Below are positions 1 to 12,916 of a stretch of 64,000 nucleotides of DNA, one piece after another; the first letter of the stretch is position 1; each line of letters begins with the position of its first letter. The DNA comes from Hypanus sabinus (taxonomy: Eukaryota): assembly GCF_030144855.1 (NCBI RefSeq), contig NW_026780539.1, positions 310,001 through 374,000 of the forward strand, written 5' to 3'. A program made the translations under genes and the position numbers. The notes under the pieces are model-generated. The model saw nothing but the letters and a program-made list of their open reading frames with translations, searched no databases and was not told the DNA's origin.

Positions 1-617
1 CCATTCCTTGTTCCATCTGCCTACCCCACTCATACCTCTGTCTCTGGGTAATTCAGTAAAGGGTAATCTGTTGTCCTTCTTTCTAAAACTGTTTTAGCCT
101 CTTTTTGTACTCCCATACCCCGGTGTCTGATTGAAAGCTCTGAGATGCAGATTGAGGACATCAGACTGAAGTTTCAGACAGATTTTCAGGGCAGTATTGA
201 ATCAATCATACAGGGAGATGGGCACTTCGTTAGAGATTCTCACCACGCTGCAGGACATCTAGAAAACTTAATGCATTGCCCAGTAAATTAATTTATAAAA
301 GGGAACATATTGATTTTAGGCACCTCATTGTTTCCCCAGTTCAGAAATTAATCACTGTAGTTCCACATTCCTCATACAGTTAATCAGGGCACTCAGCATA
401 TTTGAATGTTTTGGATAATATTATTTGACTGAAGTGTGTTCATCCTGAAACTTGAGTTCTGTGATGATTTGTAACCTGTTGTTTTGTTCTGGCATTAACT
501 GTTTTATTTTATTTCTGAGATCATCAGTATTCAATCTGACTTTTAATTATCAATGTAAGCTCTCTGTGACAGACTGAGCTGCCTGCTCACAGGGAGGTGG
601 CTGGGTTTTTCAATATT

Positions 618-2580
618 CTATAGATCAAAAGACGTAGCAGCAGAATTAGGCCAGTTGGCCAGTCGAGGCTTCTTCACCACGCCATCATGGCTGAGTAATT
701 ATCACTCTCAACCCCATACTCCTGTCTTCTCCCCTTAAGCTTTGACACCCTGACTAACCAATAACCTATCAACCTCTATTTTAATGTACTCGGTGAACAG
801 GTCTCCACGAATATCTATGGAAATGAATTTCACAGATTCACCACCATCTGGCTAAAGAAATCCCTCCTTATTTCTGTTCTAAATGGATGCTGTTCTATTC
901 TGAGTCTCTGCCTTCTAGTCCGAGACTCACCCACAAAAGGAAATACCCTCTCCACATCCCCGCTATCTAGGCCTATCAATATTCAAGAGGTTTTAATCAC
1001 ATCCTGTTTCATTCTTCTAAACCCCAGCTAGCAAAACCTAGAGTCCTCAAATGCTCCTAATCCTTTCATTTCCAGAATAAATCTTGGGAACCTCCTCTGG
1101 ATCCTCTCCCACACCAGAATACGTTTTCTTAAATAAGTTGCCCAAGACAGCTCACAATATTCAAAGACTGGCCAGGACTCAGCAGCACATCCTTGCTGAT
1201 ATATTCTAGCCCTCTTGAAAGGAATGGTAACAGTTCATTTGCCTTCCTTACCACCATCTCAATGTGCAGGGCAACCTTTAGGGAAACCTGCACAAGGACT
1301 CAAAAGTCCCCTAGCAACTCTCATATTTGTAATTTTCTCCTTGTTTATAAAATCATCTATGTCTATTTCTTCTACAAAAGTGCATGAACATACACTTCCT
1401 TATATTATCCTATCTGCCACTTCTTTGCCCATTCGCCCAATGTGTCTATGTCCTCCTGCAGACTCTCTGCTTTCCCAACATTTCCTGTCCTCCATATATC
1501 TTTCTATTGTCTGACAACTTAGCCACAGAACCATCATTTCCAACATCCAAATCATGGACATATAATGTAAAAAGAAATGGTCCCAAAACCGACCCTTGTA
1601 GAACACCACTATTCACCGACAGCCAATCAGAAAAGGCATTCTTTATTACATTTGTTTGCCTGGTTCAAGTTAGCCAATGATCTATCCAGTATCTTTTCTG
1701 TAATGCCATGGGCATTTATATTGTTAAGCAGCTTTATATACGGCAGCTTAACAAAAGCCTTCTGATAATCTGGGGAAACAGCATCCACTGTCTCTCCTTT
1801 GTCTATCATGCCGCTATTTCCTCAAAGAAGTCCATCAAAGTTGTCTGGCAAGATTTCCCTTGAAGGAAACCATGCTGACTTTGGCCTACTTTATCATATG
1901 CATCCAACATCTTCCCAGCCACTGAAGTCAGGCTAACTGGCCTTTGAGTTCCTTTGTTCTGACTCCTTTCCTTCTTAATGATTAGATTGACATTTGCAAT
2001 TTCCCTTGCTGCAGAAACATTCCAGATCTGGTGAATCTTGAAAAATCAATTGTAGTTCCTCCACAATTTCTCACTTGCCTTGCTCAGAACCCTGTGGTTT
2101 ATCCATCTGGTCCAGGTGACTGATCTTCAGACCTTTTGGCTTCCCAAGCACCTTTTCCAAAGTAATGGCAACTCTCCTCTTTCCCCTGACGCTTCCAAAG
2201 TTCTGATGCAGAATACTCATTGACGTCATCCATCATTTCTTTGTATCACATTATTACCTCTCTGGCATTATTTTCCAGAGGTCCAATATCCACTCTAGCC
2301 TCTCTTTTACTCTTTATATATCTGAAAAACTCTTCTAGTATTCCCTTTGATGTTATTGTCAAGCCTACCATCATTATTCATCTTTTCTCTCATTTTTCTT
2401 AGTTGACTTCTGTTGAATTTTGTAAGTTTCCCAATCTTTGACCTTACAACAAATGTTTGCTCTATTCTATGCCCTCTGTTTTGCTTTAATGCTGTCTTTA
2501 ACTTCCCTTGTCAACCACGGCTACCTCATCCTTCCTTTAGAATATATCTTCATCTTTGGGACGTATCTATCCCGCACCTT
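618..2580 (-). mobile_element. CR1 LINE 3' portion, decayed
   Basis: RT-like IDKGETVDAVSPDYQKAF (ORF 1627-1809); CR1-type 3' tail near 620-700. Confidence 0.85.
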
Positions 2581-2751
2581 CCTGAATTGACCCCCGGAAC
2601 ACATGCTCCCTGCATGGCCACATATTTTTTACCTGGTTCTCCTCTTTCCTCCCACATCACAGAGACTTGTAGGAATGGAGTTGGGTGGGGGATAGTAAAG
2701 GCTGAATGATCAGTGAATATTACATAAAAATATCATCATTCTGTCCCTCAG

Positions 2752-2896
2752 TTGCAGCCTCCACCACTGTTGATCCGTGTGAAAATCACACCGTCCTGGA
2801 TCAGCCCTGAAGGAGCTTGAATTGCTCTGAAACTCAGTGCAGTGGTCGGTGGATGGATGATGGACACCTTACAGAAGGATGGTACAGATTTAGCAG
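2752..2896 (+). pseudogene. D10C domain 1 exon a, with premature TGA at 2808-2810
   Basis: ccctcag|...TTTAGCAG|gtgag; translates VAASTTVDPCENHTVLDQP*RSLNCSETQCSGRWMDDGHLTEGWYRFS. Confidence 0.9.
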
Positions 2897-5800
2897 GTGA
2901 GGTTCATGAGGTTCAGCAGCTCCTGTTGCCTCTTGCATATCCGGGGTTCCCAGTTACATCCTAATGGGATGCTGTCAATGAATTCGCATCTTCTTCCTGG
3001 CTGTTTCTATATTCCATGTGTGAGCTAGCAATATTAATTGCCCTCTAAATTCCCTAACTTAAGCAAATGTATGAGTTGGTGGGGCAGAGATACCCAAGGA
3101 GGTGTAAGGTGTTTCTTCCCTCCGCTAGACTGCAGGTCATCCTTAGGCTAGGTGTCCCACCTGCTTAGACCATACTCCCACCACCAACCCCCCCCCCCCC
3201 CCCACCACCACCACCGATCCGGGACACATGAAGCTGGAGGAGCAGGTAGTGGTTGGTCATATAGCAGTTGGTGCATATCACAGGTCCTGGTTATGTGACC
3301 ACTAATACCAGACAGACGACCTCTGCAGAGTATTGATAATGGCTGTGGTCAGCATCTTTTAAAGACACTGCCCAGCTGAAGGGAACGGCAAATCACTTCT
3401 GTAGAAGGGTTTGTGACGAACAATCATGGAAAGACCTTGTTCGGCCATGGCCACATGACACAACACATACTAATGACAAGAAAAGCAGATGTAAATGAAT
3501 TAGGTGGGTTTGGTAGAGTAATTTTTTGCATAGAAGAATGTGTTCAAACCAACACTACTCAATGGTACAGTCTGACCCTAAATGGCTGAATGGTTTTCAT
3601 TCTGCATTAGTACTTATATAGTGAGGGTAAGATGTGATAGGATGTCATGCAAAGAGGTGAGGGATGTCACTTCTTTGGAGGGGCCATGGTGTGGGTGCAA
3701 AGAAAAGCAAACTTCCTCACTCATTTGTGAGGAAATGTTTATTCACACAAAAATTTGGAAGGGGAAGAGGACAAACTGAGTTTCCTGTGATCTGTCCAGA
3801 GCTGGACAGTGTGTGGATGTAATAGACCAGAGTTCCTGATCTGGACTGACTCTCTGATCATTGTTTCAGTCATGGCAATGTGAAGATTCCCGAGACTACG
3901 GTTCCATTCTTTCACTGCTCTGCATGGAGCCCAGGCTGGTTAAAAGGTAGGTTTACAAGAATTTACCACAGTGTTTATTGAGTTTGGCAAGATTGACAAT
4001 GTCATAGCTCCAGAGAGCTATGTTGGCTGGAGTCAGGACTTTAGCTGGCTGCAGTAGGGTAAGCAGCAGCGTTCACTGAGTGGTTTCCTCACAGTTACTC
4101 AGTCTCCACTCCAGTTGTGGATCTTTATGGAGTCTAGAAGAGGGGCGGGTTTGCAGGAATGTTGTGGATCAACCTTCATGACCCCCTTATAGATTGAATA
4201 GAGCAACACTTCACTGAAAGTACTTCTTTGGTAAAAAATTCTCTTTTGCCCTTCACGACACTTGTGTTTAGGCCAGCAATGAAAGCCCGCCATTGCCCAA
4301 TTCCATCTCCAAATGGCCCAATTCCATTCCAATATCTTCTGGTCTTAGGGACAGGGATTCACAGCCTTTTGTATGCCATGGAACCCTCTCAATAAGACCA
4401 TAGGACCATTAAGCCATTTGGACCATTGAGTCTACTCCACCATTCAATGATGGCTGATCATTTTTTCTGATCCTCTGCCACACTCCCTGGCCTATTCCCC
4501 GTAAAATCTGGTGCCATGGCTAATCAAGAATCTCTTAAGCTCTGCCTTAAATACATGCAATGACCTGGCCTACACCGCTGACGAAGGAGGGGTCTGTGGA
4601 CCTCAGCTTGGGAATCCCTGTCCGAGCATGAAGTGACCTCAGGGTGCATGAGTTGAGGGGAGCGGAATGTGAGCATTTGACCGAGAATGAAACAGTCCTT
4701 GGGTTGTGAACCACTGTGCTGTGGTACGTACTGATATCATTCCCTTTTGTGCCATTGGAGCAGATTCATTTTACACTGTTTGTAAACGTCATTCCAGGTC
4801 CCCATTCCGACTTGGGAGTGGATTCATTTTACAGTGTTTATAAACCTCATTCCAGGGCTCCTTCCAGACATGGGATACAGGTTCACTTCACAGTATTTTC
4901 AAACGTCATTCCACGTCCCCATCCCGACATGGGTGCGGGTTCATTTCACAGTGTTTGTAAGCCTCATTCCAGGTCACCATCCCGATGTGGGAGTGGGTTC
5001 ATTTCACAGTGTTTATAAAACACATTCCAGATCCCCATCCTGATGTGGGAGAAGGCGAAGTGACCAGGACCATCTGTTTCAACTGGGTCAAAGGTAACCC
5101 GGAGAGGGACACTTGCACCAAGCAGATGGAGATCACAATCAAAAACTGCACAGCTTACTTTGTGTACAAGCTGAAGCCAACACCGGGCGTATATAGTGTG
5201 TATTGTACAGGTATGTTTCTCTTCATTTTGGCTCTGTACATCTGTGTTTCTGTGTGAAGCCCAGTGCATTTCTGGAGCACCAAGTCTTTCGACAGCCAGT
5301 GTGGCCTGAATTTTCCAGAGGGCCATCAGTGGTCAGCTCATTTAGTTTTCCCTGACCTCCAGAATGAGGCAAATGCTGTGTCTGAACTCAATGACTTGAC
5401 CAATAAAAGCTCTCATTCCATAAGCTTCCTTAACCACCTTATCAATCTGTGTAGCCACTTTCAAGGAGTTACGAACCAAGATTCCAAGATCTCTCCACTC
5501 AGCAATAATGCTGAGGACCTTGCCCTTAACAGTGTAGTGTTTCTTTCCTTATTTTAGTGTGTCTGAAAGTTTCAGCTATTGAAACTCTGTGAACATTTAG
5601 AGGAACCTGAGTTACAGCAGTTTTATTGAACTGCGTTTAACACAGTTGAAGCACACTAAGCACTCCAGCAAAAAACATCAATGAAGGATGACTATTAAGA
5701 GGCTGGGAATTTGTCCTGATATCCATGTACGCTAACAGATAAGCTAGGAGAGGTTGACCATTGCCTGCAAGGATTCCATCATTGAAAGACAAAACCTGAA

Positions 5801-8800
5801 TGCAGGACTTGCTTTCTGGTGTGGAAAGTAACTCTCAGAGTGACCACACACATTGGGAGCTGAAGCACAGGCTGTTCTTACTGGACATCATAAGACTGTA
5901 AGGTATAGGAAAACCAGTAGGAGATTTGTCCCATCAAGTCTGCTCTGCCGTTTCATCATGGCTGATTCATTTCCCTCTCAGCTCCAATCTCCTGCCTTCT
6001 TGCCCATAATCTATCACCTCCACCTTAAATATACCCAATGACCTGGCCTCCACACCCTACTGTGCCAATGCTTTATACCTATTCACTCTTCTCCGGGCTA
6101 AAGAAATTCCTCCTCATCTCTATTCTAAATGGATACATTGTATGTGTAGTTATTTTATTTCTGACATCTAATGGACTAAAGTGCAATGTACAAGCTATAA
6201 AGAAGGGAAATTGGGAGGATATTGCTCCAAAACTAGCATTGTATATTTCAAACTAGAGAAAATCTGCAGATCCAAGGACCACACACAAAATACTAGAGTA
6301 ACTCAGTGTGCCAGACAACATCTGTGGAAAAGAGCATAATTGACATTTCAGGCTGACACCCTTTGGCAGGTCTGGAGAAAAATAGATGAGTAGATTTAAA
6401 AGGTGAGTGGAGGGGAGAGATATAAACACAAGATTATAGGTGATACCAGAAGGGGAGTGATGAAGGAAAGAGCTGGGAAATTGATAGATGAAGTACTTAC
6501 AGGGCTGGAGAAGTGGGAGTCCAATAGGAGAGAACGGAGGGCCATGGAAGAATGAAAAGGTGAGGAGCATCAGAGGGAGGTGATGGGCACACAAGGAGGG
6601 AGAGAAAAGGGGATGGAGAAAACATCAACAGTACTTTTTTTCCATAGATGCTGCCTGGCTTGCATAGTTCCTCCAGCATTTTGTCAGGATTTTATACCTA
6701 ATTGTGTATACATGTATACATGTATGTACAGTTAGATCAATGCCGGTCAGGTACACAGTCAGATTAATGTGTGTTGATAAAGCTGATGGTCTGGTGAATA
6801 AAGATGTCCCAGAGCCTGTTGGTCCTGGCCTTAATGCAACAGTATTATCTGCCAAATGGCTATTCTGAGGCTGTACCCACTGTTATAGACTCCCCTACCA
6901 CTGAACACATCCACTGAGACAGGGGCTATGGTGACATCACTGGCAATGTTTATCTCTGTTTATCTTACTGTTTCAGGATTGATTTTTTTAAACTCTTATT
7001 CATGGGAAGGTAGATTTGCAATGGTGCATTTGAACACTAATTCCATTGTTGAGTTACAGATAATTGTTGCAGGTACACCAGCCTTTCGGTCCATTAAGAA
7101 TGTGCTGACCCGTTCTCATCGATGCTACATAGATTATAGTTTGTTCTCCCCAAGTGCATATCACTCAACCATATACCGGCACAATATATAATGGCTAATT
7201 AATTTACATATAAAAAAGCACCAGGTGAAATGTGGTTACAAGAAGAAGGTGGCAAATATCATTCACTGAGAGATGAACAGGTTTAAAATTGGTTCATGAG
7301 CCCTCCCAAGAGGAAGGGAAGAAATAGGAGGTCTGAATGCTGAGATGAAAGGGGGTGGTGATTGTGGCAATCATGAGCAATTAGCAGCCTAGTAACAGTG
7401 GATAGCACAGCACCGTACAGTACGTTTAACTCAGGCTCAATTCCTACTGTTGAGCAAGGTTCATAAGAATGACTCCAGGAATGAAGGGGTTAACAAAAGA
7501 GGAGCATTTTGCAGCATTGTGTCTGTTGTCTATGGAATTTAGAAGAATGTAGTGGAATCTCAATAAAACCTACAAAATATTGAAAGGACTTGATAGGGTG
7601 GATGTGGAAAGTAAGTTTTCTCTAGTGGGGGTATCCAGACCAAGAGGGCACAGCTCAAAATTGAGGGGTGACTTTTAGAACAGAAGTAAGGAGGCTGCTT
7701 TTCACCAGAGAGTGGTGAACCTGTGGAATGATGTGCCACAGACTGCTTTGGAGGCCACGTCTGTGAGTATATTTAAAGCAGAAGTTGATAGTTTCCTGAT
7801 CGGTCAGGGCATCAAAGGATATAGTGAAAGTGCAGGTGGTTGGGGCTGAATGGGCTCTGGGATCAGCCCTGAGGCAATGGCACAGCAGACTCGATGGGAT
7901 GAATTTCCAAATTCAGCTCCTATATCTTATGGTCTCATCTTGCCTGCAAGGAGTTTGAATGTTCTCCCTGTGACAGCACATGTTTCCTTGAGTGCTCCAG
8001 ACTCCTCCCATGGTGCAAAGATGTACCATTGGTCATTGGCAATTGTCCCACAGTTGGGCTTGGGTGAAACTAGAGATGCTGGCCAATGCAGAACGAAGGG
8101 ATGGAAGGGCCTGTTCCAAACGGTATCCAAAAAATAAAAATGAAAGCATAAATAAATAAAATATGGGAATAGCAGAGAGAATTTGGAATGGTGGTACTGA
8201 ATGGAGGAGAGACAGAAAAGAGTAGCAGAGTGATGGACAGGATTGAGGAGAGGTTGCAGGAGGGTGGCAGGGAACAGAGGTGGGCAATGCTCTGTGAGAT
8301 GAGGAGTGTGAATGGCACTTGTTATAGGGCAGAGTGTAGCTGGGGCTGAGGATAACACCGGGTAATGGTGGTGGGAAATGGAGACATAACTCTCAGGAAT
8401 TTGATCAGCATCAAAGCGCAGATTGCAGGCAACCATTTCAACAGAAATTAATGACGGTGCTTCCTGCATTTCAACAACCCTGAGTGCAGTTGAGTAACGC
8501 TCTCCAGTACACCCAGAGTGAATGGCTGGGGCTGCTCTTTCTGCTACCCATCAGGTTATCACTGGTGTGAGCTTCTGGGTGTGCTGGACCAAGTGCAATG
8601 GAGCCAAGGTTTGGAATAAGGCAAAATTTCCACCATTCATTTGAGGGCTTTTCCTAGATTGGAGAACAAGACTGTTGCTTGTTCAGTGGGGATGGTGGAA
8701 GTGGAGGGGGGTGACTAAGATGTTGCGTGATATCAGGCGACCCTTAAAGCTAATCATTGTCACCCTGTCCCTCAGTTACAGACTCTGCACTTGGTGATCC

Positions 8801-11800
8801 GTGTGTAAATTACAGCATCTTGGATCAGCTCTGGAGGAGAATGAGTTCTTCCAGCACGAGTGAACAATGTATGTCTGACAAAAATCTTGAACAAGGATGG
8901 TACAGATTCAGCAGGTAATGAGGGAATAATGACTTGAAACCCATCATGAATGGAGATTGAAGGGTGTGGGAGGGGTAATTGCTGGAAGACCAGATTATCG
9001 GTCATAACAATGGAGCAGCAGGCAACTGTAGGGATAAGAGAGCTGACACATTCTGCACAGTGAGTGGTTGACCTGGAGAGAGATATGGAAAATAGGGATG
9101 GAGAATCAAAAAAGAAAATTAGATGGCATGGGGGAAAGTTGAAAGCAGACAGGGTTGAAGAAAGGGTTGAATTCTCAAAGTGAATACTGTGCCTCAATTT
9201 AGGAAGCCATTCTCCAATTGTTATTTCAGTTCCGGTAGATGGAAAATTCCCGAGACAGCAGTTCCACAGTATTGTTGCTGCGGGAAGAGACAAGGCTGGT
9301 TGGAAAGTAAGTCCAGAAATTACAACTGTAGGGCTTAGTTTGCCTATGAGGTGGGTCAGAATGATGACCCAGGTCTCTGCACAAGCCCCTAAGCATGAAC
9401 ACTGATCTCCACATCTCTGAAAGATGCCTCCCACAGTCACTCAAACCACACACTGGTCTTGAATACTCATGGTGCCTGGCAGTGGAGAGCCACCTTCCTC
9501 CTCTTCTCTGGTAATGTTGCTGTGAGTCTGCCTGCTGACCACTCTGAAGCAACGGACTGCAACAAACGGGTTTCTGATTCACTTCTGTAAACTTCAGTTC
9601 AGAATGCCATCTGCTTGTATATTCTTTGCCCCATTAGATGGTTGATGATTTTTTAAAAATACGTTCTTTTGTTTTTTCTATTGTTTGGGACTGCCTGTAA
9701 GGAGATAAATCTCACAGTTGTATATAGTGTGCATGTTTTGCTATTACATACACTTCGAACTTTGAGCTTTGAGATCGCTCCGGATCAGACCCAGGGAAGG
9801 TTCTGTAGCTCCATTGCTTGCCATGGAGGAGCAGTTCCCAAGCAGCCCAGCCTATCTCAGGGCACACAGAGCTCATGAACTGATCACTTAAAGTGATGCT
9901 GTTTCTAATTCAAATCATGTAAGTTCAGTTTTTCATTGCTGATTATCTGTCTTTTAATTTGTGCTTTCTGGATCTTGGTGTTCCAATTTGCTTCATTTGC
10001 TTTTATGTTCAATTTATATTTCAATTGTTTGAATGTAAAAATATGTGCAGTATGTATGGTCAGGGTGAGTTGCAAGTAAAAATGAGTTGAATCAACAATT
10101 AATTTCTTAGCTTTATGATAAGTGGATATCCCTCACATTTCAAATTTGCACTGGAGAAACATTGATAGGTTGTAAACAAGGTCAAGTCCCTCAATATTCA
10201 GTAGTAGCAGAACCTTTACAGTTGTGCTTTATCACAGTATGATTTCACAAACAGTTAATGTCTCTGAATATCAGTGAATCTCGGTAGTCTTTGACTTTCT
10301 CATCTGCTTAACCTGGGTCGTGGCTTTGGCGCCAATTAGCTCTTCAATCACAGAAAATTCAATTTCTGTTTAGAAGTTGACCGGTGCTTACAGATAATGA
10401 CCAATTGGTAATCTTGTGTTTGTTCAAACCCCTATTTGCATGATGAATCTTGAATCACGCAACAATAATCCCAATATTAATCATCAATGTATTCTATGCA
10501 TAAAAGGCCAATAATGCTCAGAATTAGTATACAGTACCTGTTACCCTAGAATCCTTCATTTGCATTCTTGTAATGCCAGATTTCTCCAGTGCACTGCTGT
10601 GCAGAGGGAAGCTATGTTCTTCCAAGACTCATCTTGCCCTATCCCACTTTATCCTCCATTGGCTCTACACTTTAACTTGCTTAATTGCTCCCCCTTTCAC
10701 CATTCACCCAATCCTGTTTCCCTCTCTCATCTCATCTCCTTACCTGCCCATTACCTTCTGGTGCTCCTCCACTTTCCCTTTCTTCAATGAACTTCTGCAC
10801 TCTCCTGTCATATTTCCCTTTCTCCAGCCCTTTACCTGTTTGAGCAATTGACTTCCCAGCTCTTTACTTCATCCGTACCCCTCTTCCGGTTTTACTGATC
10901 ACCTACCACCTTGCACATCGTCCTCCTCTTCCAACACCCCACTGTTCTGTTTTCTCATCTTTCTTTTCCCAGTCCTGATGAAAATTCTTGGCCCAAATCA
11001 CTGACTCTTTTCTCTTTTCCATAGATGCTGCCTGGGCTGCTGAGTTTCTCCGGCAATTTTGTGCGTGTTGCTTAAATTACCTTTGCCTGAACACTGTCTA
11101 AACCCTTGCCTTGCTGCATCTTCCAATGGGGGTTAACTGACCATTTTTATTTTGGTATTACAGTTAACTGCAATAAGTGTTGAATGTGTGAACGTCTCTC
11201 TGAAACAATGTTCTGTTTGAAATGTGGTCATTTGTCCTGGTGGTGCAGCTTCACCAGCTGTCCAATACGCATCGGGGTGAGGCTGGAGTTTCTTGTCCAA
11301 GCTCTGGGCCCACAGGCTCTCACCAGCAGGGGCTGGTCTCAGGGAGCAGGATCTGTAGCAGTGAGTTTGGATTGCAGGGTGGGCTGGGGTTGAAATCAGC
11401 AGCTTGCGATTGACTGAGGCCAGATCAGATCATGTGTGAATCTGAACACTGCATTAGAATGGTGCAAATACACATTCCCTGTGGGGCTGGGTACAATTTA
11501 TTCTGTTTGCTGTCTGGTAAGATGGGAGCACCCACAGATGCAGAGCCAATAAAAGCTGTCTTTTTTTAAAAAAAATATCTTTTCTTTCAATCCCAAACTG
11601 GGCATTCAGTATTGCTTCAAGCACTGCAGGTCTACTCCATCAGCCTGTTGCTCTTTGGTGGAGGAACTGGACCTTCCGGGGTCTGTGTTTCCGTTAGAGT
11701 TTATGTGCGAAGGTGGTGTGCAGTCCAACAGCCTGTGATAGGGTTTTAGTTTTTTTTCTATAATTGCAAGGCCCTGTTGGACATTGTATATATGGAATGC

Positions 11801-12873
11801 TGAACGTCTGGTTCACTGGTTTATTGGGAGGGGGATCAGCTGTAGTGAGAACTGGGCATCATGCTGTGGTATCACCTGTTTGTAGCCATTCAGGAGAGCG
11901 TGGTGGCCCTGTTGGTCGGTGCTGCCCTCCAGTGGCCACTCAGTGGAAGATGAGCTGGACTGGGTTTGATTGCATATTGCTACGCGCTTGTTCTTGCCAA
12001 TACATTCATTGGCTCGGGGAATTGGCCTATATTATATTATTGAGTGATTGTATGTTTAACTGCTATCTGATAGACGTTATATGTGCCTTGTACTGTGTAT
12101 TACTGTTGGCACTTTTTTTTTCAGTTTGGCCGTGGAGTAACACTGTTTCATTTGGCTGTATTCATGGATGGTTGAATGAAAATTAAACTTGTATTAACCT
12201 TATTCCAGGATCCCATCCCACGGTGACAGAGGGGGAGGTGATGAGAAAGGTTTGCTTCACCAAGAATGGAAACAACAATCATGCATCTGACATGAGTCAA
12301 AACAACAACACTTGCCTGGATATTAAGATCAAAAATTGCATTGGCTACTTTGTGTATCTGCTGAAGCCGACACCTGCTGGTCGCAATGTGTACTGTACAG
12401 GTATGTCACTGCTCTCATTCACACGGGTAATTCTGTGATATCCAAAGTCATCAGTACCCAAAACGGACCCGTACGTCCCTCAAACTAACTGCCCAGCATG
12501 TACAGGTTGGTGCGGCAGGTTGTCTGCACGAATGGTAAGATCCTTACAATTATACTGTCATGATTTTATACAGGTTAGTCTCTGTTTAACTATTACACAT
12601 CAAAGCAAGAGAGTGCTTTCTCATACATGGATTCCACACGTTCAGTTTCACCATTGCATCTTTTCATTGGTGGAGTGACTCATAGTTCCAATCTGAACAC
12701 TGAACAATTGCCTCTGTACATGTCATGTCAGGATCACAATCCGGTTTATTATCTCCAGCATGGGTCATGAAATTTGTCAACTTAGCAGCAGCAGTACAAG
12801 TTAATACAGAAAGACAAAATAAATGAATCAATCAATTCCAGGTGTGTGTGTGTGTGTGTGTATGTATAGATAT

Positions 12874-12916
<43 letters not shown>

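Noticed and set aside
1-617. Possible signal-peptide first exon
   Set aside because: No ATG-initiated hydrophobic exon with a phase-1 donor was found; probably upstream of the window.
2808-2810. TGA as selenocysteine
   Set aside because: The aligned residue is Trp in the paralogous domains, one transition away; no SECIS identified.
8772-9440. 222-aa minus-strand ORF
   Set aside because: Antisense to two real exons and a purine-rich intron; no recognisable motif.
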